Assembly: GCA_013239625.1 (NCBI GenBank)
Contig: MU053283.1
Coordinates: 5,530-55,220 of the forward strand
DNA: 49,691 bases
DNA from: Lama guanicoe
Taxonomy: Eukaryota
Direction: 5' to 3'
In this document: piece after piece, positions 1-12,120 of the stretch
How the letters are laid out: the number at the start of each line of letters is the position of its first letter
How positions within the stretch are numbered: position 1 is the first letter of the stretch
Notes under the pieces: model-generated
Database searches by the model: none
What the model was told of the DNA's origin: nothing
Seen by the model: the letters and a program-made list of their open reading frames with translations, nothing else
Program-made: the position numbers and the translations under genes

Positions 1-980
1 CACACACACACACATACATGATGGCAAATAAACAGAAAAACATTCTTATTGTCAATTTGCTTATACAGTGAAAATTCAGATTTGCCATGTTAATGGTAAT
101 TCTTCACAGCTCTATTTTTAGGAAGAATAAAACTGTCCAGTTGCGCCCAGAAAAAGGTCAGGATGTTAAAGGAAACAGAGGTATGTGAATAGGACTGTTC
201 TTGACAAATCAGAGTCCAGTGGAGGTGCTGACTGACAAGGACATCACCAAACACCCCCACTTAACAGCCTGGGGGCACAGGAAGGGGAGGATGTTGAATC
301 CCTTATCAGACGTGTATTTATACATTAGTCTGCCTTTTCTAGCCTGCGTCTCATGGTTTCCCAATAACTTGGAGGAGACCTGGAAAACACGTTTATCAAA
401 TCTGAGTATCAGACAGTGTCAGAAGAATGGATTCCTCCGTGAATGATACAGTGAGACTCAGACTTATTAAAGTAAGCCACGATACAACTGAGAAGTGACA
501 AGTTTTAAATAAACATAAATCTTTATAAAGACTGTTACATGGAGTCCAGAAATCAAAGAATGAGTGACCTGATTTGAAAGCAGTCCAAGTAAAAAAGCAA
601 ACTTACTTTGGCTTCAGGATGCTGGTTGGGGACGGCAGTGTGGCAACTTACAGCTGACGTATTAATGCAGACTTGCTTCCTGGGGCATCCAGATAAAGAG
701 ATGCACCCACGGGACAGGGTCGTGGCGGATACCTCTCCCACGTACAGTGAGAACCGATGGGAGGAGCTGAGATATGTAAGTCAGAGAGGTGAGCGTTTTA
801 AAACTGGAGGCTGGCCACGTGGAATAGAAATGAGATTTTTAAAGTTCTTGTAAATACAGATCTCCAAGATAGTTTGTATAAAGACTTCGAATTTCCAGCA
901 GGAAGCAGACTGCCCTGCCCGCAGGGGCTTCCCCAGGGCCTTTGGGTGCTCGGCGGACTTTGCATGGAAAGTATTTTTGC

Positions 981-1484
981 GTTGAGAACAGTAGGAGGTC
1001 AGGTTGTCCCAAAGCGCGGGTGCTATGAAAATGGTTTCTGTCTTTTTAGTAAATAAATCAATGTATTCATACTCTACTTGGTTTAGAAGATTGATAAATC
1101 AAAAAGGAAATTTCATTGTTAAAGAGAAATAAAAGTGCATTTAAAATAGTTTGTTTGTCGTAAACATGTAACAACAGTTCAGCCCCGTTTACAAAAAGAG
1201 ACATAATGTTAGTGAGTAGAAGCGAAGCCTGATGTTGAGAACAGTAGGAGGTCAGGTTGTCCCAAAGCGTGGGTGCTATGAAAATGGTTTCTGTCTTTTT
1301 AGTAAATAAATAAATGTATTCATACTCTACTTGGTTTAGAAGATTGATAAATCAAAAAGGAAATTTCATTGTTAAAGAGAAATAAAAGTGCATTTAAAAT
1401 AGTTTGTTTGTCGTAAACATGTAACAACAGTTCAGCCCCGTTTACAAAAAGAGACATAATGTTAGTGAGTAGAAGCGAAGCCTG
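981..1484. repeat. Near-perfect tandem duplication, 2 x 251 bp (981-1231 and 1234-1484)
   Basis: Copies read identically except gcgcggg/gcgtggg and aaatcaatg/aaataaatg; 2-bp spacer. Confidence 0.95.
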
Positions 1485-1987
1485 TCATCTGGCTCATTGT
1501 GAAAGCTGCCACTCTTTACAAAGGTGGTCTTTAGACTTATCTGCTAACCTCCGAATAGGGTAAACTGTACTGAAACAGAAATACAAGGGCCTTGATTTCA
1601 CTGAGCCATACTAACCTGGCATATCCTGTGTGTTCTATAGCAACAGTATCTAATCTAACCCATGATTTTATGTTTGTGGTGAGAGTACATGATTTCTTTA
1701 AAACTCTTTGTTTGGAAGTTGGCTTATATTGAAAAAAAAAAAGAGACAGAGCTGGTATAACTTAATTGTCTGAAGTGTCTCACTGAAATTATCCTAAGTA
1801 AACATATCCAAGAAATTTTCAATATTTCAGATAAAAATATTTAATGGAGAAACATACTGGATGCATCATCAGTCTCCTGCAGAAATCTCAGAACAGTTCT
1901 CCTACTCTTAGAAACAAGATGCATTTCTCTGGGGGGGATCCCAGCCTTTCAGGAAAGGCTGAGTGAAGATAATGGTCACGAGAAATG

Positions 1988-2457
1988 AGAAACTAGAAGC
2001 AGACTTACTACATGATCCAGCAATCCCACTCCTGGGCATATATCTGGAGAAAAATATAATTTGAAAAGATATGTGCACCTCAGTGTTCACAGCAGCACTG
2101 TTTCCATTAGCCAAGATATGGAAACAACCCAAATGTCCATCAACAGATGACTGGGTAAAGAAGATGTGATACACACACGTGTGTGCACAATGGAATACTA
2201 CTCAGCCATAAAAAGTAGAAATAATGCCATTTGCAGCAATGTGGATGAAACTGGAGATCGTCACACTAAGTGAAGGAAGCCAGAAAGAGAAATAAAAATA
2301 CCGCATGATATAACTTATATGTGGAACCTAAAAAAAAAAAAGACACAAAGAAGTTACCTGGAGAACAGAAACAGACTTACAGACATAGAGGACAAACTTG
2401 TGGTTACCAGTGGGGAAAGGGGGTGGGAAGGGATAAATTGGGATTTTGAAATCTGCA
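1988..2457 (+). mobile_element. LINE-1 fragment (ORF2 C-terminus plus proximal 3' UTR), relatively young
   Basis: catgatccagcaatcccactcctgggcatatat (DPAIPLLGIY), caacccaaatgtccatcaacagatga, tggaatactactcagccataaaa, gtggttaccagtggggaaaggggg. Confidence 0.9.
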
Positions 2458-2627
2458 CCCCTTGGGGAGTGATGGAAATGTTAGCTGTCTTGATTGTGGT
2501 GGTGATTTCATGGGTGTAGACATCTGTCGAAATTCATCCAAGTGTACACCTGAACTATGTGTCATTTACTGTACAGGAATCATACCACAATAAAGGTGTG
2601 GTGTTAAACAATAAAATAAAATAAAAT
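2458..2627 (+). mobile_element. Older L1 (L1MB/MC-like) 3' terminus with A-rich tail
   Basis: gatggaaatgtt...tcttgattgtggtggtgatttcatgggtgta...aataaa, followed by (aataa)n. Confidence 0.7.
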
Positions 2628-3990
2628 TAGGAAGAGAAATGCCCGCTTCATTGAAATGTATTGTTTGTAAACTCAGCAGTAAGAGCCTCTGCACGTGTGG
2701 TAGCACCTTTTCTATCCGCGTTTCCGTTCTCAGTGCGTGAAAATGAAAACGGGAGACCAATCCCCTTAGAAATACTTGCTTTGCCCTGTGCGGACAGACG
2801 CAGAGCAGTCACTGCCACCATCACAGGGTCCAGGAGGGAGCGTCTCGTCCTGCAATGTGGCTGAGCCTGGATCAGGACAGTCCCTGAGCCTTGGGAGTGC
2901 AGTGGGGGGGTCCCGGTGTGGACCTTCAGGTGTCTCCCTGTGAACTGATACGTTACACAATATTATGTAATCCCTGCACGTGGCTGATGATAAGTATCTT
3001 CCTTCTCTGGAAATAGTCAAACAAAAAAGTGTGAATCCAAGCTACATTACATTTGGAAATAGATGTGATTTACTGATTGAATCAAAGGAAATTTTGAAAA
3101 ATTTGGCCAGCCAAAATTAATTATTTACATAGGAAACTATCTAGAAAAAAAATCGTATACTAGGGCACTAAATGCATAAACTAGGACTGATCCTTCTCTG
3201 TGTTTTTCAGGTTATAAAGAAGCAAACGATATTCTTTCTGGCCCTATGGTATTTAGACCACAAGTAAGGGAAAGACAGTAGCACATATCAACCAACAGTT
3301 TTTGAAAATCTGGGGACAGAATACTAAATTTTATACAAAAATTAATTAAGCTTATGATTATTAAGAAAACGGGGGAATGATTAGCTGTTGAGAATTGTAC
3401 TATTTCTGCATTTTTCTCAAGCATCATGTGTTTTAAATAACAATGCAGATTCAGTGATTTGGGGGAAATTTAAATCTTACATTTATGGACTATTAAAATG
3501 TTTTTCTCCAAAAGAAAGATGCTCTGTAATAGATGAAAAGTGTTAGCAGTGTGTTCCGGGAATTCTTCACATGTTCTTCTAGAACGTCTCTTCCATTGGG
3601 AGTGGAGTGTGTGCAGGATCATAATTCTGTCTGCTCTGCGGTGGGTGCCAGGTCAGGCACAGGATGTGGGGAGGTGCGGGGAGCGCGCTTGGTTCTAGGT
3701 GCTCTGCAGGCGTGCTGCTGTTTGGAGCCCGTGACAAAGCCCAGAGACAAGCTGGCCACAGCGCACGGTCCTAATGTGCTTTTCAGATTTAAAAATGAGG
3801 CTCTTTTCACTGTTTTTCCTGTTCTCTCTGAATACTGACCTGAGACCATTTATTTTTCCTGTTGTAAAGGCCACTGGTTATTGAAGGCAGCTCTATTTTA
3901 CAAAAAGTAATTGGAACATCTCACTTTTAACCGTGAACTAAATACGACTTTCAACCAAAGAAGACAAGTACATGGCCCAGTACAAGTGCT

Positions 3991-4705
3991 TGTTACCGCA
4001 CCCCGGTTTTGTCCAACTGAGCCGTCCCAGCAGCTCCACCTGCCGGGCAGCGGTCCAGACACTGGGCTCATAACCAGATGAAGCTGGTTCTGGACCCAAG
4101 TTCGGCCGCTCGAAAGGCCAGTACTCGAGAGACAAGTGTTGGTGGAAAAGGAAAGGTTGCTTCATTCAGGAGGCCGGCAGCCTGGGGAGAGGGTGCATGA
4201 ATGTCCTGAGACGGCCTCCCGGGTGCCATCTGGAGGACAGAGGTTTTAAAGGCTGAGCGAGGGGGGGGCCGCGCAGGATGTGAGCAGCTCCTGCATTGGT
4301 CAGCCTCGAGGCGACGTTTCAAGCATCCCGTCTTCTGGTTTCAGCTGGTCTGGGGTCTCCGTGCTGGTGGTCAGCACTCCCACCTGGTGGAGGTCTGCTT
4401 CCTGTAAGAACAGCCTCGGAAGCTGTGTCAGACCTTCCTCTATGTTTTTCAGGGAACTGGGAGTTCGGTGACTTCCATGTGGCTGGTTCATCATCCAAAC
4501 TGCTACCAGTCCTGCCTCCCCAGCAAGTACTCTTTTTTCCACATCTTCACGTGCCCTAATTTCCTGATCATTCACTCTTGAGCGAGCCCTTTGAGTCTCA
4601 GGGGAGGCCTGGAGACAAGCTCTTCTACAAGCCAGAGGCAGACGGAGGATGTGGGGGCTGGAGGGCTCTGTTCCGGGAAGGCCGCATGGGGTCCTGCGCA
4701 TGACA
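3991..4705 (-). mobile_element. ERV1-like solo LTR relic (left boundary uncertain, 3991 or about 4086)
   Basis: tgttacc... start and ...ggtcctgcgcatgaca end. Reverse-strand order of a degenerate polyA signal (ttcatt), a TATA-like motif (ttttaaag) and CCAAT (attgg). Resembles recalled laurasiatherian ERV1 LTRs. No clean TSD. Confidence 0.55.
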
Positions 4706-7700
4706 CACACACTGTCTGTGTGAACACACATCTCATAATTGCACCAAATTATCTCCTTTTCAAAGGGCAGGAGGCGGTCTTAGGGAGTAGATGCAGAGTA
4801 ATTAAAGTACTTGTCAGAGATGGAATATTTAAGAGACTCTCCGTCTAGAATTAGTTAAATGTGATGCTATTACTTTTTTAACAACAGGTAAGTTAACTCC
4901 AATTTTCAGTCTTCCTGCTCCAGAAAAAACACCACTGTTGGTAAAAGTAAGAACTGAATGAAAAGCACTGTCAGAAAGACAAAGTCTGACTGAATGTAGG
5001 GTTTGCCGACTACTCTAAGCCTGCATTTCGTTTAAACTGTTTAAGGCGAGCAGACGACAAAACAAAGTCCAGTCATACTTTGGGTTCTTAATTGGCCCAG
5101 CAGCATTTTTGGAAGGGTTCGGTTTCGGTCCTAGCCCATTCGTCCTCTGGGCTCTGGAGGCACTGAGGCAGGACGTAGTGCTTTTCTGGTCGGACCGCTT
5201 GCTCTGGACCCGACCCTCCTCTGCCCAAACACAGAGGCTGCTGAGGAACCAGGATGCATAGACTGACAGAAGGAGGGGAGAGGACAGCGGCCGAGACAAA
5301 GCTCGGATTCCTGCTAGGGGGTGATGCTCCAGGACAGATGGGCGTTCTCAGGAAATCCAGGATAAATATAACTTGAAAAAGCATTTGACCTGGTGAGTCT
5401 CAAGCTGGATGTGCCTTTTGATCCAAGTCCATCACCTGAAAATTACCCTCAGCGTATCCTTGGAGAGTCCTCCACAGAAATTTCAGTTACAGACGAAATG
5501 ACGGGGGCACGGAACGGCTGGTCTGACATTCTCCTTATCGACAGGACAGAGGTTTCCTGTTGTTTGAATGAATGAATGAGTGAAGACTTGATTGACTGAT
5601 TTAGACCCGGATCCATTATTTTATCATATTTCACTGAATCTAAAATGTACGAATGGTGCTTCATTATTTTGTGTGACACTGAGAAATTGCTCTTTTTACT
5701 TTTAAAACACCCTTGCAGCCAAGTTTTGAAACATTCACTATGAGATGTGCATTTTGTAATCAACCGCCTGCAACAACAGACTGCAAAACCCAGCTCAGTG
5801 TAAACCTGCGTGTCACAGGCTAGTCTTACAGGGGAACAGATCACTTTTTGCAAGTTGTGAAAGGTTTTTATTTGACAAAGCTTCATATCAAAGATCATTA
5901 AAAAGAAGTTTTGCAGGAAGACAATGGTAACAATAAGGGATCCCCTTACCCTAAGTTTCCATGTCAGAAAACATGACAGTAAAACACTGGAAGTCACGGT
6001 AAGAACAAGGCAAGGCTAAATCCAGGATTACTGGAGGCTTTTATCAAATGGACTGTTAGCTGAAGCGCTTTTGAAGTCCTGTGATAGTGTCCCTCTTACT
6101 TCCATGGGTCACATGTTGCAGTCCTCAGCTTTATGCGCATGAAAGTAAAATGCACTTCACAGTGTCTGAATAAGTGACATCTTCCACGGCCAAGTGATTA
6201 CTCCGTGGTTCCCTCTTGTTAAGTCTGGTGACATTCTTACAGAGACTAATCTTCCTAATTTCGTGTTTTCCTCCTTGTAAGTAGGTTTCAATCACTTTGC
6301 TTCTCACTGGCCACCCAACTTCGGGAAAGGGTGTCAGGAGGGAGAGTTGCCCTCCGAGGATGAGATGTCCAGTCAAACTGGACGTGAAATAGTAGGATCT
6401 GTAATCTTCTGTAACGTGTCTGGAGGCGGGCCCCCCGGGACTGATGGATTCAGCCCACAGTCCCCTCGGCGGCCCAGGCGTCTCCGTCTTTCTGCTCCTA
6501 GATCTTCGCTTTCCTTCTTGAGCTCACGGACAACAAAATGTGGACCTTTACTTCAAGAAATCATGGGAAGAAACCGCAGTGACTAGACTAGAAGAAAAGA
6601 TGTGTTCTTCCTGTGTCTGTTTTATTTAACTTTTTAATTGTGAGCAAAGAAACCTGTCGCAGAGCCCCTCTACCTGGCTGCCTTCGGCCCTGTCTGGTCA
6701 GCACTGGTTACGGGCTGGTTCAGAGTCTGTCACAAGCCAGTGGACTCAGCCCAGCCAGGTGAGAGCCCTCAGCAGAGAGCAGGTGGGCCTGGGGGGCCCT
6801 GGCCCTGCAGGGCGGAGGAGAGGGAAGATGGGGCTCTGGGCTGCAGCCCTCAGAGGTTACCCTGCCACTTGCCCAGGATCAGGGCTCTTCAGTTATAGAA
6901 GGGAACAGTCTCTGTGACCTGCTGTCGAAGGTCCGGGAACTGGAGCTGGGTCGGGCAGCTCGTGGACAGGCCGCTGAGAGGGGAGCTCCCTCAGAACGGG
7001 GGACTGTCAGTGGGGTCTGAGGCCCGGGGCCACCTCTGGATGGGAAGCGGCATGGGAACGGAGAGGAGCAGGGTGTGTGGGGGGGGGCTAATCACTGTTG
7101 GGGTCCCCGGAGCAGAGAGCTCTGAAGGGCGGCTCCAGTTAGAGCCCCATCTTACCAACAGACCACAGCTGTCAGGTGAGCAAAGCAGGCAGGCTCTAAA
7201 TGGCCAAGAATTTGCTGGTTTGCACTTTTAAATAATTGGATCATGAACATTGGAGTCTACTGTCCATGGGCTTTGGCAGTAAGGGTCTCAGCCTGCAGTG
7301 GAGAAATCTGTCCGCAGCCTGGGGACAACCCCATCTGTGTGCATCTGATTGTCACCTGGGCCATCCAGCCGTCCTGTTGGGTGATGTGCACGGGGGCTGC
7401 GGATGCAGTGGTCCTCCCTGTGAGAGGGGCGGACACGTATGTAACCCGGTAGGACTCAGCCCGTCTCCCTCCTGGCCCTGCGGTATGTATCCCACCACTG
7501 CTGACAACAGCCTTGAACCAAGTGTTGGTCAAGAATTGGTCAGTTTTCACAGAGTAAAATGGTCTCCCTGGGCTGGCTGTGCCAGGTGTTGCGATAAGAC
7601 AGCTCCAGGTCTCTGGGAACTCAGAGTCCAGTTGGATGCATGTTGGTCACCTTCCGTGTGTGGGTTCAGGCCCCCAGCATCCTTCTTCTGTCTCTGCTTC

Positions 7701-8484
7701 TGCATCCTCTTTCAGTTCCTGGGGGTTTGGTCAGGAGAGGAGGGGAGATGCTGCGGAAGAGAGAAGAAAGCTCCCAGGTGTCCCCGCTTGGAAGTGGCTG
7801 CCACGTGGACTCACGTTCCACTGGTGAAAAAGCAGTATTGAGAAAACACTTCAGGTGTTTATATTTTTTCCAAGTAGCATTCTTAAATGTGTTATAAATC
7901 GAATCACCTGTGTGGAAAGCACAGCAGGGACTAGAGGGTCAGTCCCAGGATCGACGAGTGAGGAACAGAATGAATCCTGGGCACAATTCAGGAACATTGG
8001 CATGGGGCTTCCTAAGCATTTTTGGTGAGTTAATTGCCAACATAAGCTTGCTTTTGCTTATTATCTTTTTTTTTTACCATTAACATAATAGAAAAGTGTG
8101 AGCTCTCTCATTTTCTGAAAAAGATAATAACCCAACTAAAAGCTCTTAATACACCAAGTGCTTTACTTTTATAATAACTTCCTAGGGTGGAAGGCCCGGG
8201 ACTTAAGATGGACTGGAACAGAGCACGTTTTTGTACTTAAGGAAAAACAAGGTGGTGATTTGCAAGAAGAAAAGATTTTTAGGAACCAGTTGTCATCACG
8301 ATTTCTGCCTCATCATGTTTGACAGAGACTCTGGAGTGAGGCAGCGCCTTTGAAAAGGACCGTTAGGAGCTCCCAGGAACCGTCAGCCTCCCTGCCGGTT
8401 CTCAGCGCGAATGCCAATAACCTCTTGAAAGAATTGTTTCTGCATATACACAGTCTTAGGCCTGAAAATCTCAGAGATACTTAA

Positions 8485-8625
8485 TAGTAGTAGTTAAGAT
8501 GCATTGAGAGCCTTGCTAGTGGTTTGTGTAAGTCCTTTAGTTCCCATAATGACCCTGTGTGACAACTCCTGGTACACGCTTTCAGATGAGAAAATTGAGG
8601 GACAGAGGCTAAGCAGTCTGTCCCG
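8485..8625 (-). mobile_element. MIR SINE relic
   Basis: ttcagatgagaaaattgagggacagaggctaag matches the reverse of the MIR core. Confidence 0.7.
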
Positions 8626-8954
8626 TGTATTCCACTGGTTAGTGTTTTTCAGTTCCCGTGTAACTTCTGTTTGATACTTTCTTACAGTTTCTCTCTGTTG
8701 GAGTCCCACTGTTCCCCTGTTTTTCTCTCCGGTTTCAGGAACACATTAATGACGCTTCCTTGGAACCCTTTGTTAGTTAGATGGCTTATCTCAGTTCTGT
8801 TCAGTTCCTTTTCTGAGGCTTTGTCTCCCCATTTTGCCTAACCCTGTGTTTATTTCATCGTGTCGGGCAGATCCGCGACCCGCCCAGCCTTGAGGGAGGG
8901 GCCCGGGTAGGGGGCGCCCTGTGGACTTGCGTCCTTACGATGTTCTGTGTACGA

Positions 8955-9260
8955 GGTTGTGTTGTCTGCAGGTAAAGACGGTTTCACCTTATCCCTTTCC
9001 CCTCCTGATGCCTTTTGTTTATTTTTCTTGCCTCATTTGTCTGGCTAAGACCTCTCACAGTGTGGGGTGTGTGAGGGCAGACGTTGGTCTTGGGGGAAGC
9101 GTTCAGACTTTCATGTTGTCACGGTGTGACTTGTGGTGTTTGTGAAGGTGCCGTCATCAGGCTAAAGTTTCCCCTTTTATTCCTAAGTCATTTTTTTTGT
9201 TTGTTGACAATATTTGTCATGAATGAATGTCTATTGCAGTTTTTCTTTTGTCGAATGATT
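8955..9260 (-). mobile_element. Ancient L1 ORF2 (RT region) fragment
   Basis: tgtctgcagg..gacggtttcacctt..cctttcc..gatgccttttgtttatttttcttgcctcatttgtctggctaagacctc is the antisense of the L1 ORF2 consensus. Confidence 0.7.
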
Positions 9261-10094
9261 TTTCTGCATTTCTTGAGATTATCATGTGTTTTTTTCCTTA
9301 ATAAGTGTAATTTTAAAATCATGACAATTAAATGAAACTAGAATTTGGCTTTTCTCCTTTTTTTCCCCCCAAATACTAGTAGTACCACAGTGTGCTAAAA
9401 TTCAGCGGGAAATTCTCAGTTAGGGTTACAATGCCTAGAAATGGGCTTTTATAGCTCAAGTTACAATAAGGTCCAGAGACTTTAAAAACAACTGATGTCC
9501 TGGTTAAATAATTCTCATTTATAAGTCTTTTCATTGTAACCGTATGAAATTCATAAGGTTCTATTCTGAGTTCCATTGACTGAAAACCATTGTGAAGGTC
9601 CTGTCTATAGCTGCTGTAAGACCTAAATTAAGCCGACGGGTTTTAAAGTTAATCTTAGTGTGGATATAAGTTTATATGTTCACAGGTGAATTTTTAACAG
9701 AAGCATAAGTCTTAGGTGCAGTTTTTGGCAGCTTTTAGCTTTAGGTGTGATAAGCGAGGTGTCCACTTTCATTGACAAAGAGATAAAAGGATTTAATGGA
9801 TGTGAGTGAAGTCTACGTTATGTACCGAGGAGTGCAAACAGGGACTTGTGACCCAGATAAAACCACAGAAATCCGAAAAAGTGCGTTAAACCTAATCCAG
9901 CCAAGGGAAAACAATGAACTGATTTCTTTTTACAAGTGATCAATGCCGTGCTCATTGTCACGCCCAGGCCCTGGTGCCTGCAGTAATGGGTGTCCTGTCC
10001 AGGAGCCGACGTGTGTAATTACGAGCACTTTATCGAGAGATTTAAAGGTCTGACCACTCTAGTTTCCAGAGCAGTCGTCTGCCCAGGGTGCTTG

Positions 10095-10225
10095 TGAGCC
10101 ATGTGATCTTGAACAAACTGTCTAACCCCTGGTGCTCTGTTTTTTTTATTTTTAGAAAGGTAATAATAGTACCTAGTTCACAGGATTGCTGATTAAGAGA
10201 GTCAGGAATTTAAGGACTTTGCAGC
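10095..10225 (+). mobile_element. MIR SINE relic
   Basis: atgtgatcttgaacaa..ctaacccct..ctgttt..taataatagtaccta..tcacaggattg. Confidence 0.65.
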
Positions 10226-12029
10226 GGAGCAGAGACGTCACGTGCTGTGACTGACCAGATCCCCGAGTCTTCTGTTGTGTGTTTGTCAGTTACTGTTATT
10301 GTCCGTAATCGGCTGCTCCTCTTAAGTCCTTTAAACTGTTTTTCTTCTTGTATTCCATTTGTTTGATGTTAATATTGTTCTTCTGGTTTCCTTTTGACTT
10401 GAATTGCCTGTTTTGGTGTTTTTCGCTATATTTGTTTCCGTCTTTCTCAGAGCTCCTCCCCCTGATTTCATTTCCCGCCCTCGGTGTGGACGGGGAGGTG
10501 CTGACGTGGGACCACTCGGAAGTGGGTAACGTCTTTATGTTGGTTATAATCTGCTTCTCTCTGATGTTAGATTCTGTCCCCCGATATTGCCCTGTGACCC
10601 GGGCCGTTGGGGGCAGACCTGCTGGGCCCACGTCGTGTCTGACCTCGCCCTCCTGCCTTTGCAGGACGTCTGGGTGGAGGGCAGCCTGCGGGGAGGGGTG
10701 CTTCCTCCAAAGCAGAGCAGGTCTGCCTGGAGCTTCCAGGGCCGGGTTGATGTCCCCACCCAGCAAAGGGCAGGTTTGTGTCTGCGCAGCTAGGGCCCCT
10801 CCCTGAGAGGCGGCACATGACCCTGCTCTGTGTCCCCAGGCCCTGCCCCCTCGGAGCCTCGGGCAAGAGCAGGCAGAGGGCTGTCCTCTGGCTTCTCCTC
10901 CTGCTGTGCAGAAACCCGATCATTCTTACGGGCCCGAGGTCTGGGTCTTCCCCTCAAATCTGCAGAACCGTGGCAGGCTGCTTTGCAAGCAGGGCACACA
11001 TGGGGCCCTGCCCAAATCTGGACCCCAGCCTCTCCCAGGGAATGACCCTCCCAGCGGGGCTGGAGATGAGGGGCACCAGCCGCAGCCATCCTCACTGGCC
11101 CGGAGCCCAGGCCTCCCAGCTGAGGTCTCTGGCTCACACCAGACAGAGGCCTTCTGTCTCCCAGAAGTCTTGAATTTTGCTTTCTTAGACACTCTCATCC
11201 ATATGTGGTCTGACTTCTGTGGTTTCTCTCGGTTGGGTTTGGGGAAGGACTGAGTGCTTTATCGACATCTTGTCAGACCACATGGAATTTCCAAGACTTA
11301 AAGCTGGTTATACATCCATCTTAATGTAAAGAGTTTGATTGGTATATAATTTCCTTTCCAGTCAACGCAGTGATATTGTCTGGCTCCAGGAGGAGCCTGG
11401 CTTCTCAGAGAGAGAGAAAAATAACACAATTGCAGACTGGAAAATCGCAGCCTCACAGAGCATGCAGGATGCTTGATAAAAATGCTTCCTGATGGCAATG
11501 AAACTATTTAAAAATCTGCAGGGCCAAAATGTGCACACACAGAAGAGTCATTTTGGTGTGAATGGACAGAATGAATCATTCTGTTTATAGCACCAGTTAC
11601 CCAGAATGTATAAAGAGAATTGAGACAGCCCGGAGAGAAACACTTCGCAATAATCACATATGCAAGCACAGATGAAATTGTGTCTAGAAGAAGGACATGC
11701 ATATTTTAAAACCAGAAAAGAGATCGAAGGATAACATTCTTTCTTAAATATGGGCTCTGTGTATGAAAATGATATTCAGTAATTTTGAAATGACTTGCTT
11801 TTGTTTCCAAAGAGGAGAGAAAAGGACAATGTGAGTGCCAATTAAAGTGGAAATCATTTAAGTTCATTTTCTAGGTAATTACTTTATCTTAATAGAGGAA
11901 TTATTTAGTTCCTGCCAGATTACATTCGGCTTTTGTAAACCCTCTATAATTGTGAGGGTGGAGCGGCTTGACAGTGGGAAGAACGTGTGTGCAAAGCTAT
12001 GAAAAGCAGAATATGACACAAGTCATGGA

Positions 12030-12120
12030 ACTTAGCTGACTGTGGGTTTGGGTTAACAAGTCAATGTGCTGAGCCTCAGTGCCCTCATCCTGCAAATGGG
12101 CGTAATGTATCCCAGGACTG
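12030..12120 (+). mobile_element. MIR SINE relic (core)
   Basis: caagtca..ctgagcctcagtgccctcatcctgcaaatgggcgtaat. Confidence 0.5.

Noticed and set aside
5449..5997. 182-aa minus-strand ORF
   Set aside because: No recognisable homology or supporting splice structure.
7236..7841. 201-aa ORF
   Set aside because: No recognisable domain; overlapping ORFs in several frames indicate GC-rich, stop-poor intron.
9380..9960. Possible NUMT or structural RNA relic
   Set aside because: I could not match it to any mitochondrial, rRNA, tRNA or snRNA motif.
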